From the NCBI RefSeq assembly GCF_009914755.1, contig NC_060926.1: a DNA stretch of 64,000 nt. The stretch is one strand, 5' to 3'. The notes under the pieces are model-generated. The model did not search any database. It saw nothing but the letters and a program-made list of their open reading frames with translations, and was not told where the DNA came from. Origin of the DNA: the human T2T-CHM13v2.0 reference genome, Homo sapiens. Positions 1-13,693 of the stretch are shown one piece after another; position 1 is the stretch's first letter, and the number at the start of each line of letters is the position of its first letter. The position numbers and the translations under genes were made by a program.

Positions 1-519
1 CAGCATACAATGCTGTATTGATGATTAGTAGTATGGCTTGCCCTAGAGTCATATTTCTGGTGCTCCATTACAGAACTGTCACAGTAGATTAAAAGAAGAA
101 TGACAAAAAAAGAATGAAAAATGATAGAATCAAACATATATCAATGTACTAATTGTACCTATTAATATTTTGTGGCATAATGTGGCATTGTTCCAAAATT
201 CATTTTGTAAGTTGAAAAACAAATGATTGCTTAGGAGAAGAAAGCTAAACAGTGGACATCCTTTCTGCTGAGAGTGGCAAATTCATTTTACCTTCCAGAT
301 ATCTTTTAATAGCTACCCTTTACGTTATTCTAAATTGATACAGGAACTAACAGGAAACATAAATGTGAAGACAGAAATCTTAGCAGTAAGAGCCAAAAAA
401 CCTAGATTGCAATGCTTGGCAGTAGTTTTATTGCTAAGGTTAAATATGGCAATTCTTATTTTATCTTGATGACAGTAATCTGAAAAATCAGTGACACCAA
501 CCTCTGCAAAAAATTCAGT

Positions 520-590
520 ACACACACACATGCATGCACGCATGCCTACACACTCTAGACACACAGAAATATCATGTATGCATGCACATA
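520..590. repeat. Degenerate (CA)n/(CATG)n purine-pyrimidine alternating tract
   Basis: cacacacacatgcatgcacgcatgcctacacac...catgtatgcatgcacata. Confidence 0.6.
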
Positions 591-1279
591 CCATAGTTCT
601 CTGTAAATATTTAGGAGGATAGTGTCAAAGAAAACTTAGATTTTATTTTGTATTAGAAAGCTGAATTAACAGAGCTCTTTAACAAATTATGAACGGGCTG
701 GAAACAAATGTTAAAGATGCTTTGTTGGAAGGGGCTGCTAAATATGATATGGCTGTGTGTCCTGAGTTAAAAATGGTCAGATCACAGTCTCAATACAAGT
801 TTTGCGAAGTCAAACAAGGTATTCTTTTGATAATCTAGTAGACTGAAATACTGCTTTTGTTGCTAAGGAGTAAGTGACTCAGCATGGCAAGTGGCACTGT
901 CTACTTTCATCATTCAAGTTTTCAATGAGAGACATGAGCTTCACATGATGGGAACACATATATACTTCTGAAATATAATGGCCTGGGAGAGACAACATGA
1001 ATCTATGTCTTGACCGCTAAAAGTTGGCATTTAAAAAGGAAAGTTGCAATGGAGGGAAGAACAGTCAAGTGAGGAATAGTAATGCCAGATTATTCTATTT
1101 CCATGCCATTTTCGGCAGAGTTTCAGTGAGGGATGAGGAGACGTATACAGGGGAGGAAGAAGACACACGCGGTGTGGGTTTGGAAAAGTGACTTTGTGTA
1201 TGCTTTGTATTTTACTATCAAATCCATTTAATATTTCGGTCTTCAGGTACCATTAATTTGGCAATTAGCACATACTCAC

Positions 1280-1403
1280 TGTGATGGTGAGTTTTATGTG
1301 TCCATTTGGCTAGGCTACAGTATCCAGTTAACCAAACACTAATTTAGGTGTTACCATGAAGGGATTTTGTAGATATGATTTGTATCTACAATCAGTCCAC
1401 TTT
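1280..1403 (+). mobile_element. MLT2 (ERVL) LTR, 5' part (MLT2D-like)
   Basis: Starts TGTGATGGTGAGTTTTATGTGTC...TGGCTAGGCTACAG, the MLT2 5' end; resumes at 2731. Confidence 0.8.
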
Positions 1404-1764
1404 TTGCTGTTGTTGTGTTTGTTCATGATGTTAGCATTAATTTATTGGTTACATTCTTTCACCAAACATGACATTTGTTAATTTAAAATAAATTTTCCAA
1501 CTTTCTTAGATACATAGTACAGTATTTCACTTAAATGTAAATATTCACAGTGTATTGGGGATTTTTACAAGATCCTACATAAATATGCTACTTCATTATG
1601 ATCCAATATAAATATGTTTTTAAGTTCAGTGACAGTTTACAAACTATAAAATATCTATCAACTGAAAATATAAATGCCTATTACTTGTGCATTTGAAACT
1701 GATAATTGTGTTAAAAGTATTTTTGCAATAATCATTCCTGACATTTCTAATGAGAATTACAGAG

Positions 1765-1930
1765 CCTTCACAAATAACCTCATTTGATTCTTACATCTAC
1801 TTTATGAGGTATGTAGGGCAGGAAATAGCCTTAGAGAGGTTAAGTGGCTTGTCCAAGGTCCAAGTATTGAGAGGCAGCAATAAACCTAGGAATCTGGTCT
1901 TTGTATAAGGCCATTGTACTTTCTATAGTA
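1765..1930 (-). mobile_element. MIR fragment (inside the retrocopy)
   Basis: ctcatttgattcttac...agagaggttaagtggcttgtccaaggtc, MIR core in reverse. Confidence 0.65.
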
Positions 1931-2414
1931 ATACTCTAATGAGACTCAACACCAAAAACAAACAAAACAAAACAAAAAGTCAAATAACAAAAAAACCTGA
2001 TTAATATATTTGCCTTATAAATAAAAAACAATTTTTCTCATTATAAAGTAAAAAGTTTATTCTAGAAAATGAAACTAAGAAAACAGAAAAATTAAAGTCT
2101 GATAACTGTTAACATTTTAATATTTAATTCATATTTTCTATCTGTAATATAAATGATCCATATTTTATATATAATCTTTATTTTTAAGAACAATATACAG
2201 TATTTAGTTGCATAATAGGTCAAATGCTCTGGAAAAAAGATCTTGCAATCACTACAAGTAAAATCTAAATCCAAATCAGGGTCAATTTTATCTAGACCTC
2301 CCTAAATCCTGGATGACACTTTCCTGTTTCAGCATTTGCCATCCAAGTCCAGACCAGAAGGAACTGGGACTGTTCCGGGCAGGAGCAAGCTCATTGTCCT
2401 CTGGACTTGCTGGG

Positions 2415-2730
2415 GTGGCTGCCCTGCCCTCTTAGCCCAAGAGTCCCCTTTACATCCATGGATCTGCCCTCAGAGTCATGCTCCCTTCATTTCTTCCCTT
2501 CTCTGTCCCTATCAGTCCAGGCTGGCAATATTACTGGCAGTATAAAATTTTCAAAACTTTTTCAGTCTCCTGTGAAATTCATGGGAGTTTAACCCATCAA
2601 CAAGAGGGCCTTCCACACATCTTCACTGGATATCTGCATCTCTATTCCTGGTCTCTGCTGAGATGACAGATTGCATCCATGTGTCTTTGGCAAAAGTTGC
2701 CCAGCCACATCTTTGGTGTTTTCTCCAGAC
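2415..2730 (-). mobile_element. MaLR (MLT1-int-like) internal fragment (inside the retrocopy)
   Basis: Minus strand GGAGAAAACACCAAAGATGTGGC...CATCTCAGCAGAGACCAGGAATAGAGATG...TGCCAGCCTGGACTGATAGGGACAGAG resembles recalled MLT1 internal consensus. Confidence 0.6.
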
Positions 2731-3029
2731 CAATCAGTTGATTTTAAGTTAAAAAGGTTATTCTTGATTATTGGGGTTGGCCTTATTCAATCAGCTAGAA
2801 TGCCTTAAAAGCAAAACTGAGGTTTCCTTGAAAAAGATGAAATTGTGCCTCAAGATGGCAGCATCAACTCCTGCCCAAGAATTCCCAGCTTGCTGATCTG
2901 CCTATGGATTTTGAACTTGTCAATCCCTATAATCATGTGAGCCAATTCCTTGAAATACAGCTCTTGAGATATCTACCTCTCTATCTTACTGTTTCTGTAT
3001 CTCTGGAGAGCCTGTTTGATTTTAATAGA
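2731..3029 (+). mobile_element. MLT2 (ERVL) LTR, 3' part (MLT2D-like)
   Basis: AATCAGTTGATTTTAAG...AAAACTGAGGTTTCC...GCAGCATCAACTCCTGCC...ATAATCATGTGAGCCAATTCCTT...TCTCTGGAGAGCC. Confidence 0.8.
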
Positions 3030-3109
3030 TATGCTCATGTGTAAATATCTTACTTTCATTAACTCAGTTATGCCTGTTGCTTTCTTGTATCCTCCACAGA
3101 ACCTAGTTA

Positions 3110-3430
3110 TAGATTCACCTTGACTTACCATGGGGTTATGTCCCAATAAACTCAATTTAAGTTGAAGATATCATAAATTGAAAATGCATTTAATACGCTT
3201 AACCTACTGATCGTCATAGCTTAGCCTAATCTACCTTAAATGTGCTCAGAACTCTTACTTTAGTTGGGCAACTATAGTTGGGCAAAATCCTCTCACACAA
3301 AGCTCATTTTATAATAAAGTGTTGAATATCTTATGTAATTTATTGATGTTCTACTAAATGCTTATTGCTTTCATAACACTACAAAGTTGAAAAATCTTAA
3401 GTTGAACCAAAGTAAGCTGGGGACAATCTA
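3110..3430 (+). mobile_element. MER47A (TcMar-Tigger MITE)
   Basis: TIR-like ends (T)AGATTCACCTTGACTTAC...GTAAGCTGGGGACAATCT(A), TA on both flanks, internal GCTTAGCCTAATCTACCTTAAATGTGCTCAGAAC. Confidence 0.9.
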
Positions 3431-3499
3431 TATAAGGTTACTTGATGGTGACTTAATCACAGGTTTGGACTTAGGGCCAAGTGTCTCTCCATGCTGCTC

Positions 3500-3700
3500 C
3501 CAGAGTAAACCATCAAAGTATAGGTCACCATGCTTGTCACACTGTTTATTATTATCATTTTTGTTTTTTGACTTGGTTCTTCCTCTTGTATATTCCTTGA
3601 TGGCTGCTACTTGATCTTATTCATCGTATGTCTCTAGCCCCTCTTATGATGTCTGATTTACAATAAGTACCTAACAAAAATTGAAAAAATAAATCTGACT
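3500..3700 (+). mobile_element. L2 3' end fragment
   Basis: atcttattcatc...tctagcccc...caataagtacctaacaaaaattgaaaaaataaat resembles the L2 terminus. Confidence 0.45.
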
Positions 3701-4134
3701 GGAAGTGTGTAACTGCCTGGACCTCTCACAACTTTTTATTTCCTTAGACCACTTTGGGAAATGTTTTAAATCCTAATTAAAACTTAATCAATAAAGCAGT
3801 CAACCAGGAAATATAATGGAAATGAGGGGCGTCTTTCCTGGCATCTGGAATTATTTGTTAAGGAGATAAAAATCAAAGCCTTTTCTACTTCTCTGGTGAT
3901 CTCCTAGTGGGGTCTTCTTTCTCTTCTCTCCCACCAGCAACCTCTTCCCGTATCTGTCTCAGAAGTCCTGGAAAAGGTTCAACAGGACTGTCCTGGAATT
4001 AAGAGATGATTCAGACCACAGGAAGAGGCACTGTCTCTCTCTTGCCATCATTTCATGTTAAGCTCCACCCATTAGGAATTAGGCCCAGTAAATTTTCTAA
4101 AATGCAAATTTAGCTGTGAGATGTCTTTTTTTTT

Positions 4135-4195
4135 GTCTTTCAAAAAAAGCTACTTTATTGAGGTATGATTGATGCACAAAAAGTTGTAGAAATTG
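4135..4195 (-). other. Putative 3'-transduced flank (old L1M 3'-end-like fragment with its own AATAAA)
   Basis: Lies between the L1PA tail and a second T-run (4126-4134); tttatt at 4154-4159; ctttattgaggtatgattga resembles the L1MA9/L1MB terminus. Confidence 0.55.
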
Positions 4196-6135
<1,940 letters not shown>

Positions 6136-6509
6136 GAGGCATCTTTTTTTAAAGTCTTTACCTAGCTCCCTGTTACCTAGAGCAGTGGTTACAAACTCAG
6201 CAGTGGGACCCTTTCTCCACTAAAGTACACTTTTGTAGAATTCCATTATATACAAAAGATACCAGTACCATTTATTAATGCATTATATATGAGTTCAGAT
6301 GTGTAACAACTATTATTGAAAGCTTCATGAATGACAGCAATAAGGATCTTATGACAAAAATGAAACTTGAAATCAGAAGTTACAGATGATCATTGCAGTC
6401 ATATCAGCTTCAAAACAGTTCATGGCAGCATTTCATACATAAAGTGTCTCTTGACATCCTGATAGACTTGGTCACCACCGCCCCCCCAACCCCCGGCCGA
6501 AACTGCCTT

Positions 6510-6655
6510 TATACTCCTATAGTAGCACCTGAACTGGTTTGTGTCCTTTCACTAGGCTGAACTCCTTAAACATAGGGACATTTTCTTATTCTCTGTTGTG
6601 TTTCCAATGCCTTGGGCAATAAAGCACACATGTTTAATAAATATGTTTCTGAAAA
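6510..6655 (+). mobile_element. L2 3' end fragment
   Basis: cactaggctgaactcctt...agggac...tttaataaatatgtttctgaa. Confidence 0.6.
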
Positions 6656-7789
6656 TGTGTAAGCCTCCCCACTAAGCTCCAATGCCATTTCAATACTAAT
6701 TTTATGACTTGGTTAAATTTTCCCTGGAATTTTTCGTATTGCCATTTCTCCCTGAAATTTCCTGGAGGTTTTATGAATTGGAATGTACCCAAACGACCAT
6801 ATCATGTTTCTAAATTATTGGGGATCAAGCCATGAAGTTTAATTGACTGTGATTTTTTAGGAAACCTGAAGAGAAGAGCCATGCTTGAACAAGGAACAAA
6901 GTGAGAAGCTGCAAACCATTCCTGATGGGGTCCTACTAGTTTTAGCCCTTGGAGACTCAAATATAATCTCAGACTCCTGGCCCCAGAGGAGGAGAGTGGT
7001 TGGGTTTGGTGGAGGGGCTTGGTCAGATGCAAGAATGGTTCTGGAAAATAAAGACTGTGACTTACCCTCATTAACAGAGTAGGGGAGAGAAAGACTACTG
7101 GGAGGAGTGTCCTCCAGCGTACACGGGACAATTAGCAAAGCATCCACTAAATTGCCAAGGAGGGAGCAAGCTTTTCCAGGAGTGCCCATGTTGAGGTAAA
7201 GTACCAAGGAAGAAATTATTCAGATCAGTCCCAGTTTTATAGGGAAATCTGATTATTTCAGACTATGAGTGTTCTGGACCTAAATCGCATAGGAAAATGC
7301 TTCATTTCTCACTGTACTGTATTTGGCTTTTATAGGCAAATTTAGCCGTCTATTAAATAAGCTGGAATACTTAATATCTAGCGGAATAGCCCCAGTGTGT
7401 TATTGGGGAGGGAGGAGCAACAAGTGATTCATTAGGTCTTTATGTACAGAGAAATATCAAGACATGAACTCATCGACTTGCTGATTAAACAGTTCACTTT
7501 GATGCTCCCTGAACAATGATGATGTACAGATCACACTGGCAACATCTCTTAAAAGGAAGAACTTGTGGTGGAACAAATGGGCCTGTACATGCAGGAAGTA
7601 GCTTGAGGGGGTGGCAGAGGGAGGAAGTGGTCAGAAAGTAAAGTTATCCAGAAACTCAGAGACAATCTTGAAATGTAAACTTCCCCTTAACAATGTCTGT
7701 CCCTTATGCGATAATAAGGTCATTTGTGCTGATTTCCTTTCTGATTTTCCTCCTGCAAACGTTTTCTACTCCCTTGGCACATGCCTCAT

Positions 7790-8210
7790 CCTTCCCACCT
7801 ATGCGTCTCTGTCCGCCTTCCCCCACTGGCTCAACCCAGAGCCTCAAGTTCTTCTTGATACCTCCCTCATTTTCACTCTTGAATTCATCACTAATTTGTA
7901 TATTTTATCTCCAAATCCATTTTATATTTGTGTACCTCTGTTCCTCCATTGTCAACATGACCTCTCTCCTGGGTACCTTCAGAAATGCTCGTGTCCCATC
8001 TCACCCTTTCAACCTGCTTCACACGCAGCATCCAGAGTGACCTTTATACATCCAGGCCATGTCCCTCCACTGTTCACCCTCCTCAGTGCATTCCATTGCA
8101 CGGATAATAGAATTCAGACTCATTAAATGGTTAAGAAGGTGCTTCTAGAGATGGGTCCTTCTGGCTTTCCAATGCACAATCCACTCACTGCTATATACTC
8201 ACTGTCTTTG
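7790..8210 (+). mobile_element. L2 fragment
   Basis: ccagagtgacctttatac...catgtccctccactgttcaccctcctcagtg...aattcagactc. Confidence 0.65.
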
Positions 8211-8384
8211 ACTTTCTCTCAAAAAACTCAGAAATTGAAAAAAAAAAAAACAAAACTCAGAAAACTTTGCTCATGGCTCTCTTAAGACACATTAATGTTT
8301 GGCCTTGTTTCACCATCTCTCACTAGGCTGCAAGTTACTTACAGTGTCCTGTAACATCCATTTCACACATACTTGGGGGCACCC

Positions 8385-8830
8385 CCATATTTCAGGCACT
8401 ACGTTGGGCACTAGGATACAATGGTAAGAATGGTTCTTACTCTATGGAGGGTAGTGTCTAGAGGAGACCAACAGAAACCTTGTAAACAAATGCATTCAGA
8501 AAATAAGTAGAAACCATGGAAAGTGCAGAGAAGAAACCCAACACGAGATGCACCAGAGAATAGGTGGGACCCTTTAGATTGGGTGGCCAAAGAAGACCAT
8601 CTTGAGAAGGTGACATTTAAACTCACACAGGGATAGTTAGCCAGAGCTCGCCATCACAACAAGGGAAGAGTGTTGTGGGCAGAGAGGCAGTATGTGAGGA
8701 GACTTCTAGTCAGGGAAAGTGTGGTGAATTCTGAGAATTGCATGAGGCTAGTGTGGAGAAAGGGCACAAGGTGATTTTGGAAAAGTGGGCAGGGGTAAGA
8801 ACATTTGGATTATCAAGGTGAGTGTCTCAC
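8385..8830 (-). mobile_element. L2 fragment
   Basis: caggcactacgttgggcactaggatacaatggt...gagaaggtgacatttaaact. Confidence 0.7.
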
Positions 8831-9334
8831 TTGAAGGAAAAAATTAATAAGTACTTGTTGGGTTTCCAGGTGATGATTCTATTCCAACTGCAAAATTCTT
8901 CAACTTACAAAATTGAGGCCCTTAAAATTAAGAGAAAGTCTAGAATTGAAGTCTCCACATACCCAGTTGAGTGTTCTTTCTAGTATCACTATAGGGAGTT
9001 AAGTACCAATGATTCCATAGCATCTGAAAATGACTGATGACCACTACATCTTCTATCATGCACAGATTGAATGTGAGAGACATATATTAATTGACAGTCT
9101 TTTATCAGCATGTGTGAATGATTCTGATAGTTTTCCTGAGTCTGTCTTCATTCTAAAAGCAAATATTTCTCTGTGCCTGAATGCTGCCTCTTTCCTAATC
9201 TCCCTTTGCCTAATTAGCCCCTTATGTTTTCTGCATCAGGGAATTTATTCCTCACTATTGGGAGAAAGTTATACTTTTCTGGTACATGCACTCTTGGAAC
9301 CTGAGCGACAAGGTAAGAAGTGTAATCACTTTGC

Positions 9335-9645
9335 TGGAAAGACCACACATGGAGGCCCTGAAATACATGGAGATGGAAAGGGGCCCAGATGAGTGCAAAC
9401 TGCCAGCCATCCCTTCCAAGGACCCAAGTATGTGAGCAAAACCATCTTGAGCCTTCCAGATCAGTTCAGCTGTCAGGTGAGTACCACTGAGCAATCCCAG
9501 TCAATGCCCTTTCCAAAAGCAGAAGTGGAAGAACCAGCCAACTAAGCCCTATCCAAAGTTCAGACCCATAACATCATAAGATGTAATAAAATGGTTGTGG
9601 CTTTAAGACATCAAATTTTATGGTTAATAACATAACCAAAATATA
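9335..9645 (+). mobile_element. MLT1 (G/H-like) MaLR LTR fragment
   Basis: tgtgagcaaaaccatcttgagccttccag...ataaaatggttgtggctttaagac. Confidence 0.65.
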
Positions 9646-11475
9646 GAGGGTGTGTGTAACTCTATGAAGTGAGGTGATAGCGTAGTAGCTACAATGTACA
9701 GGTGCTAAAGAGGTAATCAGAGCTTTGCCCTATAGATGAGGTTGTCTGAATGTGGAATGACCTGCAGAATTAGCCTGCAGAGTTCAGCTCTGAGTCATTC
9801 TGATTTAAGGAGCTCACACAAAGCCTGGGATCTGCCTAAATTCTGCCTCCACGATTTCATGGTTCCTGTTGAAGCAGGTTCTTGAAAAATCCAGACCCAA
9901 TCCCTGATTTTTCCTGAACACTGTCACATTGTCACTGCTGGTATGAATTCCACAAGATATGAAGGTCATGTTTATACCAGCGAAACATCAATGCTTGTTT
10001 ATCATCAGCCACTGCAGTTCTGGTCAATTTTTATATTTCAACAATATTCAATATATGTGTAACGGAAGCTTTAAAACAAGCCTCAAATGATAAGCAACCC
10101 TCTCTCTGTTTTGTTTTGCCTAAAAATTCTTATCTGTCTTGGGTATTCACCAGGTACCTTTTTGCCATAAAGAGAATTCTTGAAGATTAATCCTAAATGT
10201 CCGCTGAAGATGAAAATGATGGAGCAAGTATTGTTAATGTGGGCCAAGAGAAAGCAGATGAAATTAATAATTGTTAGTTTTAATTTATTTAATAAGTTCA
10301 CAACAGGCCTCATTCTTATGCATAGCATATTTGGTCTTTAGATATCTCTCTCACTTCTCATCTGACTATGGCCTAATTTTAAAATGTGTGTGCCTCAAAA
10401 TACCTGGAGATTTCTAATATTTATAAAGATATTACATAAATAGCAGAGGATAGCAGAGGAGAAAGCAGTTAGAAGAGGCCTGGCTGTTCTCACTCCTCAA
10501 TTCATCACTAATTCTTATACTCTGTCTCGAAATCTAAGCTCAGTCAGTTGTCAGAATCTCAAGAAAGCCTTTTGTTCATATAAATTAAACTTTTTCCATT
10601 TCATTTTACAATGCATGTAAGTTATAGTTCCATTTCATGCATATTTTTTAAAAGAAGATTCAAACAAGCTATTAATGGATTTCTAACCTTTAAAAACACT
10701 CTGCTTTCCTCTTTTCCATATTATTTCTTTCTTAATGCCTTTGCTTGACTTTTTTCATGGTTTGTTCCATGAATGTGTTGTGCTCCTCATGCTTTACCTC
10801 TCAACATAACTGAAACACTTAGGAGTGGCCATCTGTTCTGGTCATCATTGTCAGTTACAAGAAAGCTAAAGAATGTAACTGCTGATCCCCCATTTCCTTA
10901 CCGACTACACACTTACAAGAGAGAACTTGCTGTTACGAAAGCATGAGAGTCCCTCCATCACCTGCCTTTGGTCAGATTGAAAACATAAGCTAAGACTTAT
11001 GTTTAGGAGTAGGCTGGTTTGGGTATGGAAAAGATCAACCCACATGTTCTGCCATGTGAGCCATCAGAATTAGCGATTAACTTCTGAGACAGATGATGAG
11101 AATGAAGAACAGTATATTCAGAACCCACAAGTCTGATTGCCTAGCTTTATTGTGTGAATTTCTGCAGTATCCTCCATGAATTACTGGTATAAGGTTGCCA
11201 TATAAATTATAGATTCTTGATGGTGACCATGTCTTGATTTTTTTTTTTCATCAAAGATGTGACTCTCTAGAAGCAATAAACTATAAGAGAGCTGTATTGG
11301 TGTACCAGCAGGGATGTCCAGCATTAGCCAGGTGAGATTCACAGTGGTTCACTGTAGGTCTGAGTATAGAGACAGTAGGTAGGCAAACCGTGGCTTGGGA
11401 AAAGGATGAGAGTTCTAACCATGAGGACTGCCCATCAACAGAACAGCCTGCTCCAGCCTGCTCCACCTATGACAG

Positions 11476-12328
11476 TGTTATGGGTTGAATTATGTTCTCA
11501 AAAAGATATGTTGAAGTCTGTTAAAGCAAAATGAAAATGAAAACGGGGCCTGAAAAATTCCTGGGCAATCAAAACCTGGTAGGCTTTAAAAATAGCCTTC
11601 ATCTTGCTTAAGCTGCAAACATGAGTAAAACTTGGGTCATTTCTGGTAGATGCTCGTGTTAAAGAAAAATGAAACTTAACCTCAGCCAATCAAGAGCAGC
11701 CAACTAAAATATATAATTATATGATCGAAGACTTTCCATCAAGGTAAAACAAAAAAGACGATTTTAAAAAACTGTAACCAGCCAAATAATTGCTTTGTCT
11801 TATTTCCATATTCACCTGGTAAATATTTTCCTCTAATGCTTCCTCAGTGGAGCACTACACCGCTTTTGGTTTGATGCCTCCCAACTGAGGAACTGTTGTT
11901 TACACAAATTAACTCTAAATTTTTATTTTGCCTCGGATTTTTCTTTCAACAAATCCTAACCCCGGGTACCTGTGATCGTGACCTTATTTGGAAACAGGGT
12001 CTTTGCAGATGTAATCAAGATAGTTATTATGGTAGATCCTAATCCAATTTGACAGGTGTCTTTATAAGAGGAGAGAAGCACAAAGGTAGACACCACTGAC
12101 TCTGTGAAGACAGAGACAATCTCTGAAGATGGAGTCAGAGATTGGAGTTACGCTGCCACAAACCAAGGAACATTTGGGGCTACCAGAAGCTGGAAGAGGT
12201 GAGGAAGGACCCTGGACTAGAGGCTTCAGAGACGTCATGGCCCTGCCAACACCTGGATTTCAAACTTATAGCTTGCAGCCTATGAGGGAATTTCTGTTGT
12301 TTTAAGCCACCTGGAATGTGGTTTGTAG
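11476..12328 (+). mobile_element. MLT1B/C-like LTR interrupted by an ERV1 LTR
   Basis: TGTTATGGGTTGAATT...ATGTTGAAGTC | CTAACCCC...GTGACCTTATTTGGAAACAGGGTCTTTGCAGATGTAATCAAG...TTTAAGCCAC. Confidence 0.85.
11519..11951 (+). mobile_element. Solo ERV1-class LTR (MER72/LTR47-like, family uncertain)
   Basis: TG...CA ends with short inverted termini (tgttaaag / ctttcaaca), 4-bp TSD agtc/aatc, CCAAT and TATA-like internal motifs. Confidence 0.75.
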
Positions 12329-12330
12329 TA

Positions 12331-12545
12331 TAGATGGTCTCTGACTTATGATGGTTCAACTTACAATTTTATGATTTTCTGACTTTATGATGGTGTGAAA
12401 GTGACACACATTCAACAGAATATCAATAAGTTACACAAGCTATTCAACTAGTCAGCCACACAATCACAAAGGTAAGCAACAGATATTCTAGAACGTATTG
12501 CTCCCAGATTATTTTGCAGGCTATTGCAAGTGTTTGGAGCAGGTG
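12331..12545 (-). mobile_element. MER47 (B-like) partial
   Basis: TAGATGGTCTCTGACTTATGATGGTTCAACTTAC matches the MER47 end, the same family as 3110-3430. Confidence 0.75.
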
Positions 12546-12795
12546 TGAAAATCATAGAGTGTACTACATACACCTAGATGTATAGCCTACTACACACCTA
12601 GGCTATATGGTATGTAGTAACTGTTGCTGTACTGAATACGGTAGGCAATTGTAACACAATGGTAAGGATTCATATATCTAAACATGTCTAAGCATAGAAA
12701 AGGGACAGTAAAAATACGGCATTATAATCCTATAGGACAACCATCATATATGCAGTTCGCTGTTGACTAAAATGGTATTATGTGGTGCATGACTA
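12546..12795. mobile_element. Tigger3 (Golem)-derived partial
   Basis: ATCATAGAGTGTAC...TAGCCTACTACACACCTAGGCTATATGG...GTGCATGACT(A)TA terminus. Confidence 0.85.
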
Positions 12796-12949
12796 TATCA
12801 TTGCCTGGTGAGAAAAATAAGTTGCATAAATAGGAAATCCAAGAATACCAAGGGAAAAGAATTCCAAATCGATATTAGTGGCTAGATGAAAGACTGATAA
12901 ACAAAAATGGTTTTCTAAATTTTAATATTAAGTGTTAAAATGTAGTTTG

Positions 12950-13520
12950 AAAAAGATACTGTTCATGGTAGCAACATAAATTTTAACATATGTAGGAATA
13001 GCCTTAGCAAGAAAGTTTAGCATTTCTATGAGTAAATTTATAAAACTCTGCCGAGAGGAACAAAGGTCTACACTAAACGAAGACACCAGGTGCTTGCTTG
13101 GGAAGAATGAATAATGTGAAGATATTACTTCTGCCCAATAATGTGAAGATATTACTTCTGCCCAAATAAATCTATATATTCATGTATTTTGATTCAAAAA
13201 CTCCACAAATTTTTTTGAGGTAAAAATGATTTTTATTCAGAAATAAAAGAATAATATTAAATATTTCTTGAAATCAGAAACCTGACTAGTGAGGTTAAAA
13301 TGCAAAAATAAACTGATAAACTATTTGATATAAACATGGTAGAAAAAAGCTTCATTCCCTTGTCAGATAAAGAGATTTTACATATTATCAAGAAAAGATG
13401 TAAAAATCAAAATGGGAACATAGGCAAGGAAAAAAACCCACACAATTCATAGACAAGATATACAAATAGCCAATGAATACTGTGGTAAGCAGATAAGTAT
13501 CCATTTAAAAATAATGACAA
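12950..13520 (+). mobile_element. Ancient L1M ORF2 relic
   Basis: ataaaactctg...ggaagaatgaataatgtgaagat...ctatatattca; aaatagccaatgaa. Confidence 0.6.
13110..13163. repeat. Perfect 27-bp tandem duplication
   Basis: (aataatgtgaagatattacttctgccc)x2. Confidence 0.95.
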
Positions 13521-13693
13521 GGACAGGCATAGTGGCTCACACTTATAATCCTCCATTGTGAGAAGGTGAGGTGGGAGGATCCCTTGAGGACTGGAGTTCA
13601 AGGCTTCAGTGAGCTATGATTGCACCATTGCACTCCAGCTTGAGCAACAGAGGAAGACCCTGTCTCTAAAAATAAATAAATAAATAAATAAAC
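13521..13693 (+). mobile_element. Alu monomer (FRAM-like or arm-recombined) with (TAAA)n tail
   Basis: Left-arm-like 5' GTGGCTCACAC, right-arm 3' CAGTGAGCTATGATTGCACCATTGCACTCCAG. Confidence 0.85.

Larger units (their letters stand above)
1404..2730 (-). pseudogene. L1-mediated retrocopy (or orphan transduction) of an unidentified non-coding polyadenylated RNA
   Basis: Direct repeats caatcagtccacttt (1389-1403) / caatcagttgatttt (2731-2745); degenerate poly(T) 1401-1423; minus-strand AATAAA at 1441-1446; TTTT/AA at right junction; interrupts a contiguous MLT2. Confidence 0.7.

Noticed and set aside
7611-8126. 171-aa ORF (similarly 29651-30139, 48396-48920, 52019-52501)
   Set aside because: Largely overlap L2/MaLR relics or lack recognisable domains and codon bias.
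10981-11004. Hairpin aaacataag-ctaaga-cttatgttt
   Set aside because: A 9-bp AT-rich stem is expected by chance in 64 kb.
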